From a virus: a DNA stretch of 64,000 nt. Position numbers and translations under genes: made by a program. The notes below the pieces were generated by a model. That model saw only the letters and a list, made by a program, of their open reading frames with translations, did no database searches and was not told where the DNA came from. Where the stretch lies: positions 1 to 64,000 of the IMG/VR virus record IMGVR_UViG_3300030108_003057; one strand, written 5' to 3'. Shown here one piece after another: positions 1 to 11,304 of this stretch. Position 1 is the first letter of the stretch. Each line of letters opens with the position of its first letter.

Positions 1-1
1 T

Positions 2-3000
2 GCTTCTAAACCTCATTTTACTCGTTATAATACCACAACAGTAGAAACATATACCAACGACCAAACAACATGGGATAATTGTTTTAGAAATTCAAGCAGG
101 GGTGTTTATACCGCTACTGCACCCGGAGCAGTTAGTACTCCTGAAAGGTCCGGACCATCAACTCATTTAAGATTTGTTGAGTCTCCAGAAATTACTAAAA
201 TTTTAGAAAATGTAGATTCTGTAAATGTTTCTAAAACTATTACTGTTGCTGGTAATTATACAGAATTACGAATTCATGATTTTGAAAAGATTTTAGATGA
301 AAAAATAAAAATGAATGATGACCTAAAAGTTAGGTCAGTATTATATCAACAAAAATTATCTAATGAGTATAATGTTAATTTGCCCGGCAAAGTATCTACG
401 AATAGTACTACTGGTCAATTAGAGTTTGCTGAGTTAGGTGATGAACAAGACCTTAGTAGGCTTCTTGATGATGGAGAAACTATTCGTATAGGTAATTATA
501 TTTATGTAGTAGCATCTGTTGCTTCTAAATCTGCTGGGGTTCAAATTGTAACTATTGATGCTTTTAAAACTTTAGATGCAAAAACATTTACTTCAAGTAG
601 TACCATTCCAGAAACTATTAGTTCTCTTAAAGCACTTAGGAGAGCATGGTCTAGTAAGAAAGATAATCTTATGACTAATGCTCAAATCGATACAGAACTA
701 GATGGTTCGGGTAATATTACAAGAAACGGAATTGCTTTAACTTCTGCTGAATTAGATTATAAAAATTTAGATGTAGTTTCTAGTGCTGGAGACCTTAGAA
801 ATTATAGAATTAATGTAGACAAAGGAGATAAAAACAATCAATACTTTGAATTAAATTATACTGCTTTTAATATTTATCAATACGGTACAGAAAATAGGGG
901 AAACAATATAGTTACTACAAATAGCGCAAAATATATTGCTTCAATTATTAATTATATCGACGGTTCATCATTTATTGATAATACTATATTTGATGGGACT
1001 ATTGAATATATTAAAAGTGAAACTAATGATAGACAAATAAAATATACTATTAGTGGTAGGGACGACTTAGGTAAATTACTATCAAAGGTAAATAATAAAA
1101 AATATTTATATTCTGATGAATTTGTATATACGACTCAACCTCCAACAAGTACTCCAACATATGTTGGGCTTACAATAGATACTAGTGCTAGTGTGGCTAT
1201 GAGTAGAACTTCTTTTGTAGTAAATGATGATGGTTCAGTAGATGGTAGTGGTACAATATATAAAGGTGATTTAGTATTTTATAATGATAATTCTAGTGGT
1301 TCTGATAATTATTTATTTTTAGGTATTGCTAGTGCTGATAGAGTTGGTGATGGAACATTAAGTTTATTGTATGAAACACCTATTGATATTAATACAAGTG
1401 CTACTATAAGTGCTATAACAAATTACGGTTCTGCTAAACATACTAGTGATTTTGCCGGTGGAGAGATTAAATTATATGTGATAAGAGGAACTATTTCGGC
1501 AGGCAAAAGTCTTGCTAGTGATATTACAAAAACAAGCACTCCTACTACATTAAAGGGAAGTGCTGATAAAGGTATAAATTTTTTATCTGGTAATAAAATA
1601 GATATGGCTGATGGTAGTGATGTTTCTGCCTTAACTGGTAGTAAGGCTACTGGCTTTGTTGGTAAAGATGCGGATAACTCTCTAGGTTACAGTATTTCTT
1701 CTACTCATCAAATAGAAACCGATAAAACATCTCCAGAAGCATTTAAGGTATATCAATCTGATGAAACAACATTAGAGAGATTACATACTGTTTCATCTAT
1801 GAGCGAATATGAAATATTAAATATGGAAGACGTTGATGGAGGATTAAATAGAATTACTATTGCTCCAATAATGCCTGTTGTTTTAGGTAGAATAGATACT
1901 AATTCATCGAATAATAAATCAGTTACAAACTCTCAAGGAATTTATTTAGTTAATACTAATGGTTTACCCAAAGGTGGATTTATTCATTTACTTAATTCTG
2001 AAACAGATGGTGGACTACCTATATCCTTTATGGGTAAATTATTAGGGGATGATGTAGATAGTGCTACTGTATATGCTAATTATATTCATAGATTTGGAAC
2101 ACCTATATGGAGATATATAGATTTAGAAACTGGTGAACCCGGCGCAATATTCTATAATGACGAAATAGCAAATAGAATTACTGGTGCTAGTAAAACAGAA
2201 ATTTTTGGTGTAGATGGTTTAGATTTATATAAGGGTGATTTAGGTAGAGTAATGGCTCACGCTACTATTATTAGAATAGAACCAAGTGGAACATACACAG
2301 TGGGTTTTGATAATAACATTACTAATACATATCTAAAAGAAGGTTCACATGAAACAAGAGGACCAATGCCAGCAGTAGGTAGTAACTTTAATGATATGAC
2401 CATAGTTCCTACTGAATTAACTGCTGCTAGAGATGCGACTACTGGTGCTAAAGTATACGAAAGACATTGGGGGTTAAGAACTAGACCAAGAACTGATGAC
2501 TCTTATGAAGTATATGAAATAGATAAATTTTTCTTTGAAGCAAATGACCCTAAAATTCCTAATTTATTTTTGTTTAGTGTGGGTGATATATTACCTGATA
2601 GTAAGAAAAGATTAAATCATATCGGTGGAGTGGCTAATAGAGATTTTGCAGATTATTCTATTATACTTAGAAATTCTGGAGAAAGTATTGCGGGACAGAC
2701 GCATTCAAAGTATAAAGGGTCTTTACAGGCTAAAGAACTAACAGATGATAATTACGCAGCGCAACCTATTAATTCTGCTTCAATTGCTCCAGATGCAATT
2801 AATAGATTTGGATTAATAAGGTTAGTAGAACTAACAATGGACTGGCATTATAATGCAGTAGATATAGAAAATATTACACCGAATGATAAATACCAAAAAA
2901 TACAAACTACACATGGGAAAAAATATAGAAAGAATTCTTTATTATATAGAGCACATGATGTAGATACATTAAAATTAGTTGGAGCAAATACTTACGGTAC

Positions 3001-6000
3001 TCCTGCTATTAGTGCTAAACATCTTATACATAGTTCTTCGGTACATAAAACTAGTGGGGACGGACAACCAGATTTTGTTATTACAGCAAGTACTAACTTA
3101 AGACTACCCAGTAATTATGATGGTGTAACTTATACTTCTAGTGCTATTAATTCTGATGATTATATAATAACTACTACCGCTACTACCGCTTATACTGAAT
3201 TTACATCTGATACTACTAATTCTCATGCTTGTGGTCTATATATTGAATGTGTCGAAACAGGTGATGTTGCTAAAGTGTATAAAGTATTTAATACAGGTGG
3301 GGCGGGTACTGCCCTAAACTTTGAAGTTACTGAGGGAAGTTTCTTAAGTGATATTTCTGCGGGAATGACTTTTAAATTATTACCTGTTGAAGTATGGACA
3401 AGTCCATATAATGCTAATGGTACAAAATTCATAGGTGTTATTTCATCATTTAATAGTGGTACTAATACTATAACTCTTAAAGCCAATGCTAATACAAGTA
3501 ATTTTAGTGAATTAGATGAACTATTCTTTTGTTTCCGAGCAAGAGATTATGAATTTAATAATAATACTGTTAATTTAAATAAGCATCTAATTTCAGGAAA
3601 TATGTTAAAACCATATAATATGGCTAGTTATGACGGTTTACTTGGTGCTACTGGTACTTATAATAATAATCAAATTTATAGATATAATTCTGAACTATTA
3701 CCTAATCAAATTGTTAGTCCACTTAATGTTACTCCCAATACTACTTTTGCTCATCAAGAATTAGAATTTTTAAAAGATACTAATTCCATATTTACTGACC
3801 CATATTTCGATATGGCTAGGAATACTTCTAGAGTTATTAATGACCAATTATTAGATATTAAGAAGTTTCAGACTTTTGCTGTTGAAGTAAATGATGGTAG
3901 TGTAGGAGTACCACAAAGAAGGGTTGCTAACTCCGGTTCTGAGTTTTATTATGGTAGTGCTAGTAATAATGGTACTTCTAGTCATGGTGATTCTACCGGT
4001 TCTAAAATAAGAAATAATTTAATAGGTGTAATTACTAGAGATTATGAACCATTTAAATATGGTAGTGGAGATGTAGGTAAATTAATTGACGCAGTTGCAG
4101 CAGCAGAAATTGATAATTCTTTCTTAAGTGTTAACCCAAATATAGATTATACGGATTATGCGAGCGAGCAATCTAGTTTAAGTTTCGATGGTAATGCTGG
4201 TTTATCAGATTCTATAACTGTATGGGGAGCATTAGAAAGACAAGTAATACTTTCTGGTGATGGTATATATTCTTTATTTCCAGTAAGTAGTCGTGGTGTT
4301 GGAGCACATGAAGTTAGTTATTTATCAGAAGATTTAGGTAAAGGTGCTGCTGCTACTAGTATGACCGCTACAAATAATGATACAGATGGAACTGCTGGAC
4401 TACAATTAGATTATATAGACACTAGTGGTAGTGGTGGACAAGATAGAAGATTACCATTAGCCATAAGTTTTGCTTATGGTATTATGACTAGAGCAAGAAA
4501 TCAAAAGGTAACAAATGGAATGACCTTTCCCGTAGTTGGAAATACATACCCAAGAGGCACTTTAAATTCTATGTTCTTTGCAGCGTATTATGGTGGTGCT
4601 TATACTTCATCTAAATCGGCTACAACTCCACCTGTAATATATTTTGACCACTCCTTTTGTAATGTAAAACATGAATACGATACGCATATTGGATTAACTA
4701 ATGGTGAAGCAGATTCGATGTTTCATGTTACTAATAATATAATAGAAAGAAATGTAAATAGAACAAATATTAGGGGTGCAGAAGTATTCTATAAACCTGT
4801 ATTAAATTTTACTTCTGATGATATAAACACTGGTAAAATATATGCTTCAGTAGATGGAACTAAAAGAGCAAGATTTTCAGTTAAAATTTTAAATACAAAA
4901 GGAGACACATATTTAGGTGATGATACAGATAACTCTCAGACTACGGCTACTCAACATAATCGATGGGTTCACTTTGCACCAAATCTTACTGGTTATTATT
5001 TAGTAAGCGAAGCAGGAACAAATATACATACTAATGCAGCAGTATCTGGTAGAGTAATAAATGATTCTACACCTACTAATATATACAAAGTTATTTCACA
5101 TACTATAAAGAAAGGAATAAGTTCAGTAACAGAAAGTAGTGTAGAATATGAATTTTTTGAACATATTATAGATATTGATAATGTAAGCGGTACTGTGGGT
5201 AATACAGTAAGTCTATCAGGCTACTTTAGAGTTATGCGTCCATCACAAGATACTTTCTATGACTTCTCACCTAAAAATATTGATTTGTTAACTTTATCTA
5301 ATAGATATAGTAAAAAATCTTATGAAGATGCATGTTTTGTAGATGTTAATAGATTTAATAAATATAATGATGATTATGATACTACGGAGTCAATATACAA
5401 TGAAGGTCTTCTATCTATGTATGTTCCGATAGAGGTAGATGCTAGATTAGATAATAACTATGTTGATATTAGAACTTCTAATGAATTCTTCACTTCTGAT
5501 GCTAACTTTAATATGTTAGTAACAGACGGACATAATAAATTTGAATCTAATGTAATTATTGATGTTAAAAGTAGTCCAACTAGAATAACTATGTCTTTAT
5601 CTGATATGAAAAAGATGCATGGTTGTGTATCTTTTGGTGAAACATTTACCATTGATATATTTAATAAACCTAAGATACGAACTAATAGATGTTACTTGGG
5701 AACTAACTTTCATATTGTAGATGAGGCAGAAAAAGTAATTAACGATATTATAGAAAATACTGATATTACATATAATATAACCAGCGATAATGCAAAATAT
5801 TATGAGGCATTTAACGTACAAGGTTTAGATTCATTTACGGCTGCAAATTTTGTTGCATCTCTTAAAAATAGAAAATTAGTTGTTGACGGTAAATTAATTT
5901 CATTAGTTAAAGATATTGAAGATAAAGATTATACAAATATAGAATTTAATGAATTTAGTCCAGATAATAGAGTTGGTGAAATATCTAGAGATAATAACTT

Positions 6001-6625
6001 ATTTGACTTCTATAATCAAATAACAGTATATGGTGATGGTGTTAAGTCAACAGTTAGAGACTCCGCATCCATTAAAAAAGATGGTCTAAAGGAATTGGAA
6101 GAAGTGGATTTAACAATAGTTACAAATGAGGCTTGTAGGCGTAGAGCACTTAATTTATTAAAAATTCATTCCGAAGCAAGTGTCGCAATATCTTTTAAGG
6201 TATTATATGACCAATGCCCATATTTAACACCGGGACAAATTATTAATATTAATTACCCGTCAGAAAAAATACCTAGGGGCGACTATATTGTATTAGAAAT
6301 TAATTATGAAATTGCAGGGTATATGGATATTAAAGTAGGAAAGTATGCTAAAAATCTTACAAATCGAATTGCAGAATTAATAGTGCAAGGTAAAAGAGTA
6401 GATGCGGCATTGAGAGGTGACCGATATAATGTGGTAACACCAACTAATTTATTACAAGAAGATATTGCTTTGAGAGCAGTTAAACTTAAAGTACAGTATA
6501 CTACTGCTAGTAGTGTAGCAGCAAATGTGTTTGGGTTTACTCCTGTATTTGGATTTGATTCAACACTAGGAATAATGCTCCCAACAGGAGAATCAACACA
6601 AACTTTGGAGTATGATTTACTATGA
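2..6625 (+). CDS. Very large virion tail/baseplate-hub-like protein, 5'-truncated (>2200 aa)
   Basis: The frame is open from position 2 to the ATG at 311, so the gene starts outside the window. S/T/G/N-rich composition. The C-terminal 'NQITVYGDG...RDSASIKKDGLKELEEVD...RRRALNLL...LTPGQII...YIVLEINY' resembles phage tail hub/baseplate proteins. Confidence 0.65.
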   Translation, partial: ASKPHFTRYNTTTVETYTNDQTTWDNCFRNSSRGVYTATAPGAVSTPERSGPSTHLRFVESPEITKILENVDSVNVSKTITVAGNYTELRIHDFEKILDEKIKMNDDLKVRSVLYQQKLSNEYNVNLPGKVSTNSTTGQLEFAELGDEQDLSRLLDDGETIRIGNYIYVVASVASKSAGVQIVTIDAFKTLDAKTFTSSSTIPETISSLKALRRAWSSKKDNLMTNAQIDTELDGSGNITRNGIALTSAELDYKNLDVVSSAGDLRNYRINVDKGDKNNQYFELNYTAFNIYQYGTENRGNNIVTTNSAKYIASIINYIDGSSFIDNTIFDGTIEYIKSETNDRQIKYTISGRDDLGKLLSKVNNKKYLYSDEFVYTTQPPTSTPTYVGLTIDTSASVAMSRTSFVVNDDGSVDGSGTIYKGDLVFYNDNSSGSDNYLFLGIASADRVGDGTLSLLYETPIDINTSATISAITNYGSAKHTSDFAGGEIKLYVIRGTISAGKSLASDITKTSTPTTLKGSADKGINFLSGNKIDMADGSDVSALTGSKATGFVGKDADNSLGYSISSTHQIETDKTSPEAFKVYQSDETTLERLHTVSSMSEYEILNMEDVDGGLNRITIAPIMPVVLGRIDTNSSNNKSVTNSQGIYLVNTNGLPKGGFIHLLNSETDGGLPISFMGKLLGDDVDSATVYANYIHRFGTPIWRYIDLETGEPGAIFYNDEIANRITGASKTEIFGVDGLDLYKGDLGRVMAHATIIRIEPSGTYTVGFDNNITNTYLKEGSHETRGPMPAVGSNFNDMTIVPTELTAARDATTGAKVYERHWGLRTRPRTDDSYEVYEIDKFFFEANDPKIPNLFLFSVGDILPDSKKRLNHIGGVANRDFADYSIILRNSGESIAGQTHSKYKGSLQAKELTDDNYAAQPINSASIAPDAINRFGLIRLVELTMDWHYNAVDIENITPNDKYQKIQTTHGKKYRKNSLLYRAHDVDTLKLVGANTYGTPAISAKHLIHSSSVHKTSGDGQPDFVITASTNLRLPSNYDGVTYTSSAINSDDYIITTTATTAYTEFTSDTTNSHACGLYIECVETGDVAKVYKVFNTGGAGTALNFEVTEGSFLSDISAGMTFKLLPVEVWTSPYNANGTKFIGVISSFNSGTNTITLKANANTSNFSELDELFFCFRARDYEFNNNTVNLNKHLISGNMLKPYNMASYDGLLGATGTYNNNQIYRYNSELLPNQIVSPLNVTPNTTFAHQELEFLKDTNSIFTDPYFDMARNTSRVINDQLLDIKKFQTFAVEVNDGSVGVPQRRVANSGSEFYYGSASNNGTSSHGDSTGSKIRNNLIGVITRDYEPFKYGSGDVGKLIDAVAAAEIDNSFLSVNPNIDYTDYASEQSSLSFDGNAGLSDSITVWGALERQVILSGDGIYSLFPVSSRGVGAHEVSYLSEDLGKGAAATSMTATNNDTDGTAGLQLDYIDTSGSGGQDRRLPLAISFAYGIMTRARNQKVTNGMTFPVVGNTYPRGTLNSMFFAAYYGGAYTSSKSATTPPVIYFDHSFCNVKHEYDTHIGLTNGEADSMFHVTNNIIERNVNRTNIRGAEVFYKPVLNFTSDDINTGKIYASVDGTKRARFSVKILNTKGDTYLGDDTDNSQTTATQHNRWVHFAPNLTGYYLVSEAGTNIHTNAAVSGRVINDSTPTNIYKVISHTIKKGISSVTESSVEYEFFEHIIDIDNVSGTVGNTVSLSGYFRVMRPSQDTFYDFSPKNIDLLTLSNRYSKKSYEDACFVDVNRFNKYNDDYDTTESIYNEGLLSMYVPIEVDARLDNNYVDIRTSNEFFTSDANFNMLVTDGHNKFESNVIIDVKSSPTRITMSLSDMKKMHGCVSFGETFTIDIFNKPKIRTNRCYLGTNFHIVDEAEKVINDIIENTDITYNITSDNAKYYEAFNVQGLDSFTAANFVASLKNRKLVVDGKLISLVKDIEDKDYTNIEFNEFSPDNRVGEISRDNNLFDFYNQITVYGDGVKSTVRDSASIKKDGLKELEEVDLTIVTNEACRRRALNLLKIHSEASVAISFKVLYDQCPYLTPGQIININYPSEKIPRGDYIVLEINYEIAGYMDIKVGKYAKNLTNRIAELIVQGKRVDAALRGDRYNVVTPTNLLQEDIALRAVKLKVQYTTASSVAANVFGFTPVFGFDSTLGIMLPTGESTQTLEYDLL

Positions 6626-7008
6626 TAACAGAACTAGCAAGACAAGCACTTAAGGATTTTGTAGAGGATAATTTTGTCGCATATAATGTAGGTACGGGTG
6701 GTGATAGTTCTAACCCAAATGCTACTACATTAGATGCTCCTATTAATGCAGTAAATACAACAAGTACTGGTTTATCAATAACAACTTCTGGAGTATCATC
6801 AATTGATTTCACAATAACTTTAAATCCTAGTACATATTTAGGAGAAGTAATAAGAGAGGTTGGTATCTTTAATTCCGCGAGTATCGTAATTGGTGGTACA
6901 ACCTATGCGGCTGGTAGTATAATGTTAGTAAGAGTTCCTTTCGATGGTATTGGTCCAATTACTTCTAGTGATGATATTGAGTTAGTAGTTTCAGTGGACG
7001 TGGTATAA
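6622..7008 (+). CDS. Putative tail-fibre/baseplate-associated protein
   Basis: 'VGTGG...TTL...GEVIREVGIFN...MLVRVPF' resembles N-terminal domains of tail-fibre/collar proteins; translationally coupled (ATGA) to the upstream gene. Confidence 0.55.
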   Translation: MITELARQALKDFVEDNFVAYNVGTGGDSSNPNATTLDAPINAVNTTSTGLSITTSGVSSIDFTITLNPSTYLGEVIREVGIFNSASIVIGGTTYAAGSIMLVRVPFDGIGPITSSDDIELVVSVDVV

Positions 7009-9437
7009 TGGTAAATTACACAAAGCATCAACATATTTCTACATCAAGTTCTACTAGTAGTACATCAGGTTTAGTAGATGGAACAGATAAAATTCATACT
7101 GGTATTGTTAAGGCTTTAGAATTAGCGGCGGCTGGAACTGCTGTATTAGAATATGGTAGTTCTGTATTTCAACAAACTGCTGGAAGTACTAGAACACAAT
7201 TTGGTGTTAGTGGTGCAATAAAATATATGCGAGAAGGATTAGTTCTTTCTTCTACTCCTACGGCAGTAGAATTAACTGCTGACCCAGATACAACTAATGA
7301 TAGATATGATATGATAGTTATACAATCTTCTGATAATAATTTTGCAGTAAGAGTTGGAACTGCTGCTTCTGTTCCTAGAGTAGCAGATAATTTAACTGCT
7401 GGTGATATTCCGGTAGCGTTAATAAAAGTTTCAGCAGGTGCAAGTTCTACTAAAAATGCAACAACTCGTGAAGTTCAATTATTTGGTTTTGATAAAACAA
7501 GTAATAGCCTAAGTGTAGGTTATTCTGATAGTGGTGTTTATACAGAAACTTTATCTGTTGTAGGGGATGCAGGACATACTGATATTACTGCTAAAATAGC
7601 AGATAAAGATATTAGATTTAAAGGAACTGATGATTCTAGTGCTATTACTGCTTTAACATTAGATATGAGTGAAGCAGGTCTTGCTACATTTAATGGTAAT
7701 ATTAAGGTTGGTGGAAATATAATACAGGCTTCTGATGGTGGAAGCACTATTACTATGGACACTAGTGATAATGTAACAGTTGCAGGTAATGTAACAGTTA
7801 GTGGTGGAACTTTATTTGGCCCTACTGATACTGACCTACTTATTTCATCTGATGGTAATTTATCTTTTAGATTAGATGAAGACGCAGATGAAACATCTCA
7901 ATTATTCCAATTCCAAAATCATGATACTACAATTGTTGCACAAATTACAGAAGGTGGGGAATTGACCACTACTGGAGGGATTGTAGATAATAGTGGAAGT
8001 ATTGGATTTAATAATGGGCAAAACGCATCACTATCAGTTGCAGCCACTACTTCTACTACTGCTGGTAGAGATTTAACAATAGAAGCAGGTTCAACTTCAA
8101 CTAATGGGAATAATATTGATGGTGGAGATTTAATTCTTAAATCAGGTGGTGGTGATGGAACCGGAACTTCTACTATGTCTTTTCATACTAAAGTAAGTGG
8201 TTCAGATACTGCCGCAGAAAGAATGAAGATTAATACAACAGGTGATGTTGAACTTACTGGAGATATTACAGTTGGTGGTGGAGATATAATTGGTCCTACT
8301 GATGGAGCATTAACAATTAAAGCAGATACAGATTTAATATTTAAAATTGATTCAGACAATGATGGAACAGAATCATTTCAATTTCAAAATGGTGGTGGAA
8401 CAGAAATAGCCAGTCTTAGTGAAGCCGGACTACTACAAATAGATGGAGATTTAGATGTAGACGGAACAGGAACTTCTGCAATTGCTGGTAGTTTAAGTGT
8501 TGCTGGAAGTATAAGTGGTGCTGGTGTTGTTACTACTGCTCAACTTGCTATATCCGGTGGCGGTACTGAAACATTAGATATTCATACTGCTGGTAAAACA
8601 ATATCTCAATCAAAATCATGCCATTATTTATTTAGTAGTGGTGGAGGAACTAGCACTGTTACTTTAGAAGCACCAATAGTAGGAACTTTACATTATATTA
8701 AAAATATTAGTAGTGTAAATGTAGCAATAGTACGACATGGTAGTATGCACATTGACGATGGTTCAACTGCACATTCTAAAATTACTGTTGCTCACCAAAT
8801 TGATTTAGGACCGAATGAATCGATTTTATTAAAAGCAGAAGCAGATGATAGTCCACTAAATCAAGGACATTATACTTTTGATTTAGATACTTCTGGAACA
8901 AGTAATGCACCAATAGAACAAGGATTACATTCTATTTGGGTTCCAGCAGAAGCAATTTCACCTAGAAGTAATGCTGGTTGTGCAGATTTAGCAACAACAG
9001 CGGCAGCAACTAGTGGTAGACCAGATATTCGTTCTCTTGCTTTTGATACTTCAACTGATGAACACGCACAATTTACTATTGCTATGCCTAAAATGTGGAA
9101 TGAAGGAACTATTACTGCACAGTTTTATTGGACTAATGCTTCAGCAACATCAGGAACAGTAGCATGGGGATTACAAGGTGTATCTTTATCTAATGACGAC
9201 GCAATAGATACTGCATTTGGTACTGCAATAGTAACTACTGATACTCAAACTGGTACTGCAAAAGATGTTCATATTAGTGCTGCTAGTAGTGCAATAACTA
9301 TTGGAGGGTCTCCAGCCGCAGGTGACTTAACTTGTTTTCAAGTTTATCGTGATGTTTCTGCTGATAACTTAGCGGAAGATGCTTTGTTACTCGGTATTAA
9401 AATATTCTACACAATTAATGCAGCAAATGATGCGTGA
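7008..9437 (+). CDS. Tail fibre / receptor-binding-like protein
   Basis: G/T/S/D-rich with an 'RYDMIV...GDIPVALIKV' anchor region, an internal duplication (GPTD..L.I..D..L.F..D.D.D....FQFQN twice), 'ERMKINTTG' fibre motif and a C-terminal beta-sandwich-like domain. Confidence 0.65.
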   Translation: MVNYTKHQHISTSSSTSSTSGLVDGTDKIHTGIVKALELAAAGTAVLEYGSSVFQQTAGSTRTQFGVSGAIKYMREGLVLSSTPTAVELTADPDTTNDRYDMIVIQSSDNNFAVRVGTAASVPRVADNLTAGDIPVALIKVSAGASSTKNATTREVQLFGFDKTSNSLSVGYSDSGVYTETLSVVGDAGHTDITAKIADKDIRFKGTDDSSAITALTLDMSEAGLATFNGNIKVGGNIIQASDGGSTITMDTSDNVTVAGNVTVSGGTLFGPTDTDLLISSDGNLSFRLDEDADETSQLFQFQNHDTTIVAQITEGGELTTTGGIVDNSGSIGFNNGQNASLSVAATTSTTAGRDLTIEAGSTSTNGNNIDGGDLILKSGGGDGTGTSTMSFHTKVSGSDTAAERMKINTTGDVELTGDITVGGGDIIGPTDGALTIKADTDLIFKIDSDNDGTESFQFQNGGGTEIASLSEAGLLQIDGDLDVDGTGTSAIAGSLSVAGSISGAGVVTTAQLAISGGGTETLDIHTAGKTISQSKSCHYLFSSGGGTSTVTLEAPIVGTLHYIKNISSVNVAIVRHGSMHIDDGSTAHSKITVAHQIDLGPNESILLKAEADDSPLNQGHYTFDLDTSGTSNAPIEQGLHSIWVPAEAISPRSNAGCADLATTAAATSGRPDIRSLAFDTSTDEHAQFTIAMPKMWNEGTITAQFYWTNASATSGTVAWGLQGVSLSNDDAIDTAFGTAIVTTDTQTGTAKDVHISAASSAITIGGSPAAGDLTCFQVYRDVSADNLAEDALLLGIKIFYTINAANDA

Positions 9438-9441
9438 TAAA

Positions 9442-10431
9442 ATGTTTGGTAGAACTGTTTCTGGATTTGGTTCAAGAGCAAAAAGAGCAGCATCTTCACC
9501 TTATGTTTCATTATCTGCTGTTAATGCTTTAACAATAGATAGTGATTTTGCTACATTACAAATTGATGGTTCTAACTTTTCATTTCCTACTGCCCTAGCG
9601 GTAGGTACTGATAAATTAATAGTTGGTACTGCTGGTGTATTAAATTTAGGTGGAGATACAAATTTATTATCATATAACTTCAATACTTCTACAAGTCTTT
9701 CAACAGGAACTGCTTCTCCAACTGCCGGAGATATGGCCGATGATGGAAGTGGTAATGAACAAACTACAATAAGAGGTATGTGTTTTTCATTCGATGGTTC
9801 TTATTTATATGTTGCAGGACAGGCTGATAGTAATAGAGTAATTAGATTTGACTTAGGTACTCCTTATGATATAACTAGTGTAACTTCACAATCTAATACT
9901 GCACAATTGGGAAGTGCTATGAATTCTTTACAAGGTATTGCTATTATTGGTGACGGAACTAAGTTTTATGCTGTACGTTCAACATCGGGTGCAGTTGGAC
10001 AAGTTATTGAATATGCTATGTCTACTCCTTATGATTTAACTACACTTTCTACTACTAGAACAGTTACTGCTGCATATACAGGTAACTTTAGTGGAGGGTT
10101 TGTTGTTGATATGGCAATAGCCCCTGATGGTAGTAGTATTATTATTGGTAGTTTAGGTGGTTCAGCATCAGCAGGTTATCAAACAATATTAGACCAATGG
10201 CCTTTAACTAATGGTGATATAACTCCTATATCTGGAACAAGTGGTAGAGTTTCTGGTAATTTTAGTAAAAACTTAGGTAATACATATGATTCTGTTGGTG
10301 ACGATAGCGCAGTATATTCTCAAGGATTTAATTTTAATCCGGGTGGAGATGCATTACTTGTTTGTAGCGTTCATATGGATGATGGTCCTTCAGGTAGTTC
10401 TAATCAATGGCATGTAACTAGATGGACATGA
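9442..10431 (+). CDS. Beta-propeller tail-associated/adhesin protein
   Basis: Repeated propeller-like blades (FSFDGSYLYV, DGTKFYAV, APDGSSII, FNPGGDALLV) and 'L.TPYD(I/L)T' repeats. Start at MFGRTVSGFG chosen over the 9379 start. Confidence 0.55.
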   Translation: MFGRTVSGFGSRAKRAASSPYVSLSAVNALTIDSDFATLQIDGSNFSFPTALAVGTDKLIVGTAGVLNLGGDTNLLSYNFNTSTSLSTGTASPTAGDMADDGSGNEQTTIRGMCFSFDGSYLYVAGQADSNRVIRFDLGTPYDITSVTSQSNTAQLGSAMNSLQGIAIIGDGTKFYAVRSTSGAVGQVIEYAMSTPYDLTTLSTTRTVTAAYTGNFSGGFVVDMAIAPDGSSIIIGSLGGSASAGYQTILDQWPLTNGDITPISGTSGRVSGNFSKNLGNTYDSVGDDSAVYSQGFNFNPGGDALLVCSVHMDDGPSGSSNQWHVTRWT

Positions 10432-10461
10432 TTTATATAACACTAAAAGGATGATTTAAAT

Positions 10462-10671
10462 ATGTCGCTAGAAGATGCACTTAATGGTGACTTAGAAGAA
10501 AAAGTTAATTGGTTAATTAATTCTCAAGTTGAAACCACTAAGGATATAGAAAGCATAAAGGATAATCACTTATCTCATATAGAAACAGATATGGCTTTAA
10601 TTAAACAGCGTATTTGGTGGATGACGGCATTTATTATTTCAGTAGTTACAGGGCAGAATGTGATGTTATGA
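10462..10671 (+). CDS. Small coiled-coil protein with C-terminal hydrophobic segment (XhlA/holin-like)
   Basis: Coiled coil 'IKDNHLSHIETDMALIK' followed by hydrophobic WWMTAFIISVV; lies after the tail genes. Confidence 0.4.
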   Translation: MSLEDALNGDLEEKVNWLINSQVETTKDIESIKDNHLSHIETDMALIKQRIWWMTAFIISVVTGQNVML

Positions 10672-10823
10672 GTTGGGAAAATATATTAAAAGATGTAGAA
10701 TTTTATGCAACAAGAAGAGTAGAAGAGTTAGAACGAGAGTTAAGTGGAATTAAAGATGAAGAGTTACAACAAATAATTAGACAACAAATAAAGTATTGGA
10801 AAGGTATATTAGCAAAGAAGTGA
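10668..10823 (+). CDS. Small protein with N-terminal MSWENILK tag
   Basis: ATG at 10668 overlaps the upstream stop; carries the shared N-terminal motif. Confidence 0.6.
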   Translation: MSWENILKDVEFYATRRVEELERELSGIKDEELQQIIRQQIKYWKGILAKK

Positions 10824-10827
10824 TGCT

Positions 10828-11304
10828 ATGAGTTGGGAAAAAGTTATTAAGAATGCCACTAGAGAAGGCGAACAATATTATAAAGAATATTTGGCTTCTA
10901 TGTACGATTGGTTTGAAACTTGTATGGGTATAATAAGAGAAGAGTTAGATAGATTAGAAACAGTTTTAGCAGACATTAATTCTAGGGCTGCCGACGCTGA
11001 AAGGTTAGGTTTTATAAATATAATAGAAGAGGCCAGAAGAAAAGGTGCTGTTGTTAGACAATTAATATATAAAGCATTAGATGATGTAAAAGATACAGAA
11101 AAGGTAGTAAGAGATTTAGAAGAAGTGTCTAAAGGTAGACCTATTCATATAGTATTAAGAATTCTTTCTGAACATATGAGTGAATCATTTGAATTAACTA
11201 GTAACGACATGTTTCCTGCAAGCCCGGCATTAGACCAAAAAAAGGTAGATGATATATTACATAGGTTAGATTTTGAAGGTAGTGGTAGGAGAGACTTTAC
11301 ATGA
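10828..11304 (+). CDS. Helical hypothetical protein with MSWEKVIK tag
   Basis: ORF track; shared N-terminal motif. Confidence 0.65.
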   Translation: MSWEKVIKNATREGEQYYKEYLASMYDWFETCMGIIREELDRLETVLADINSRAADAERLGFINIIEEARRKGAVVRQLIYKALDDVKDTEKVVRDLEEVSKGRPIHIVLRILSEHMSESFELTSNDMFPASPALDQKKVDDILHRLDFEGSGRRDFT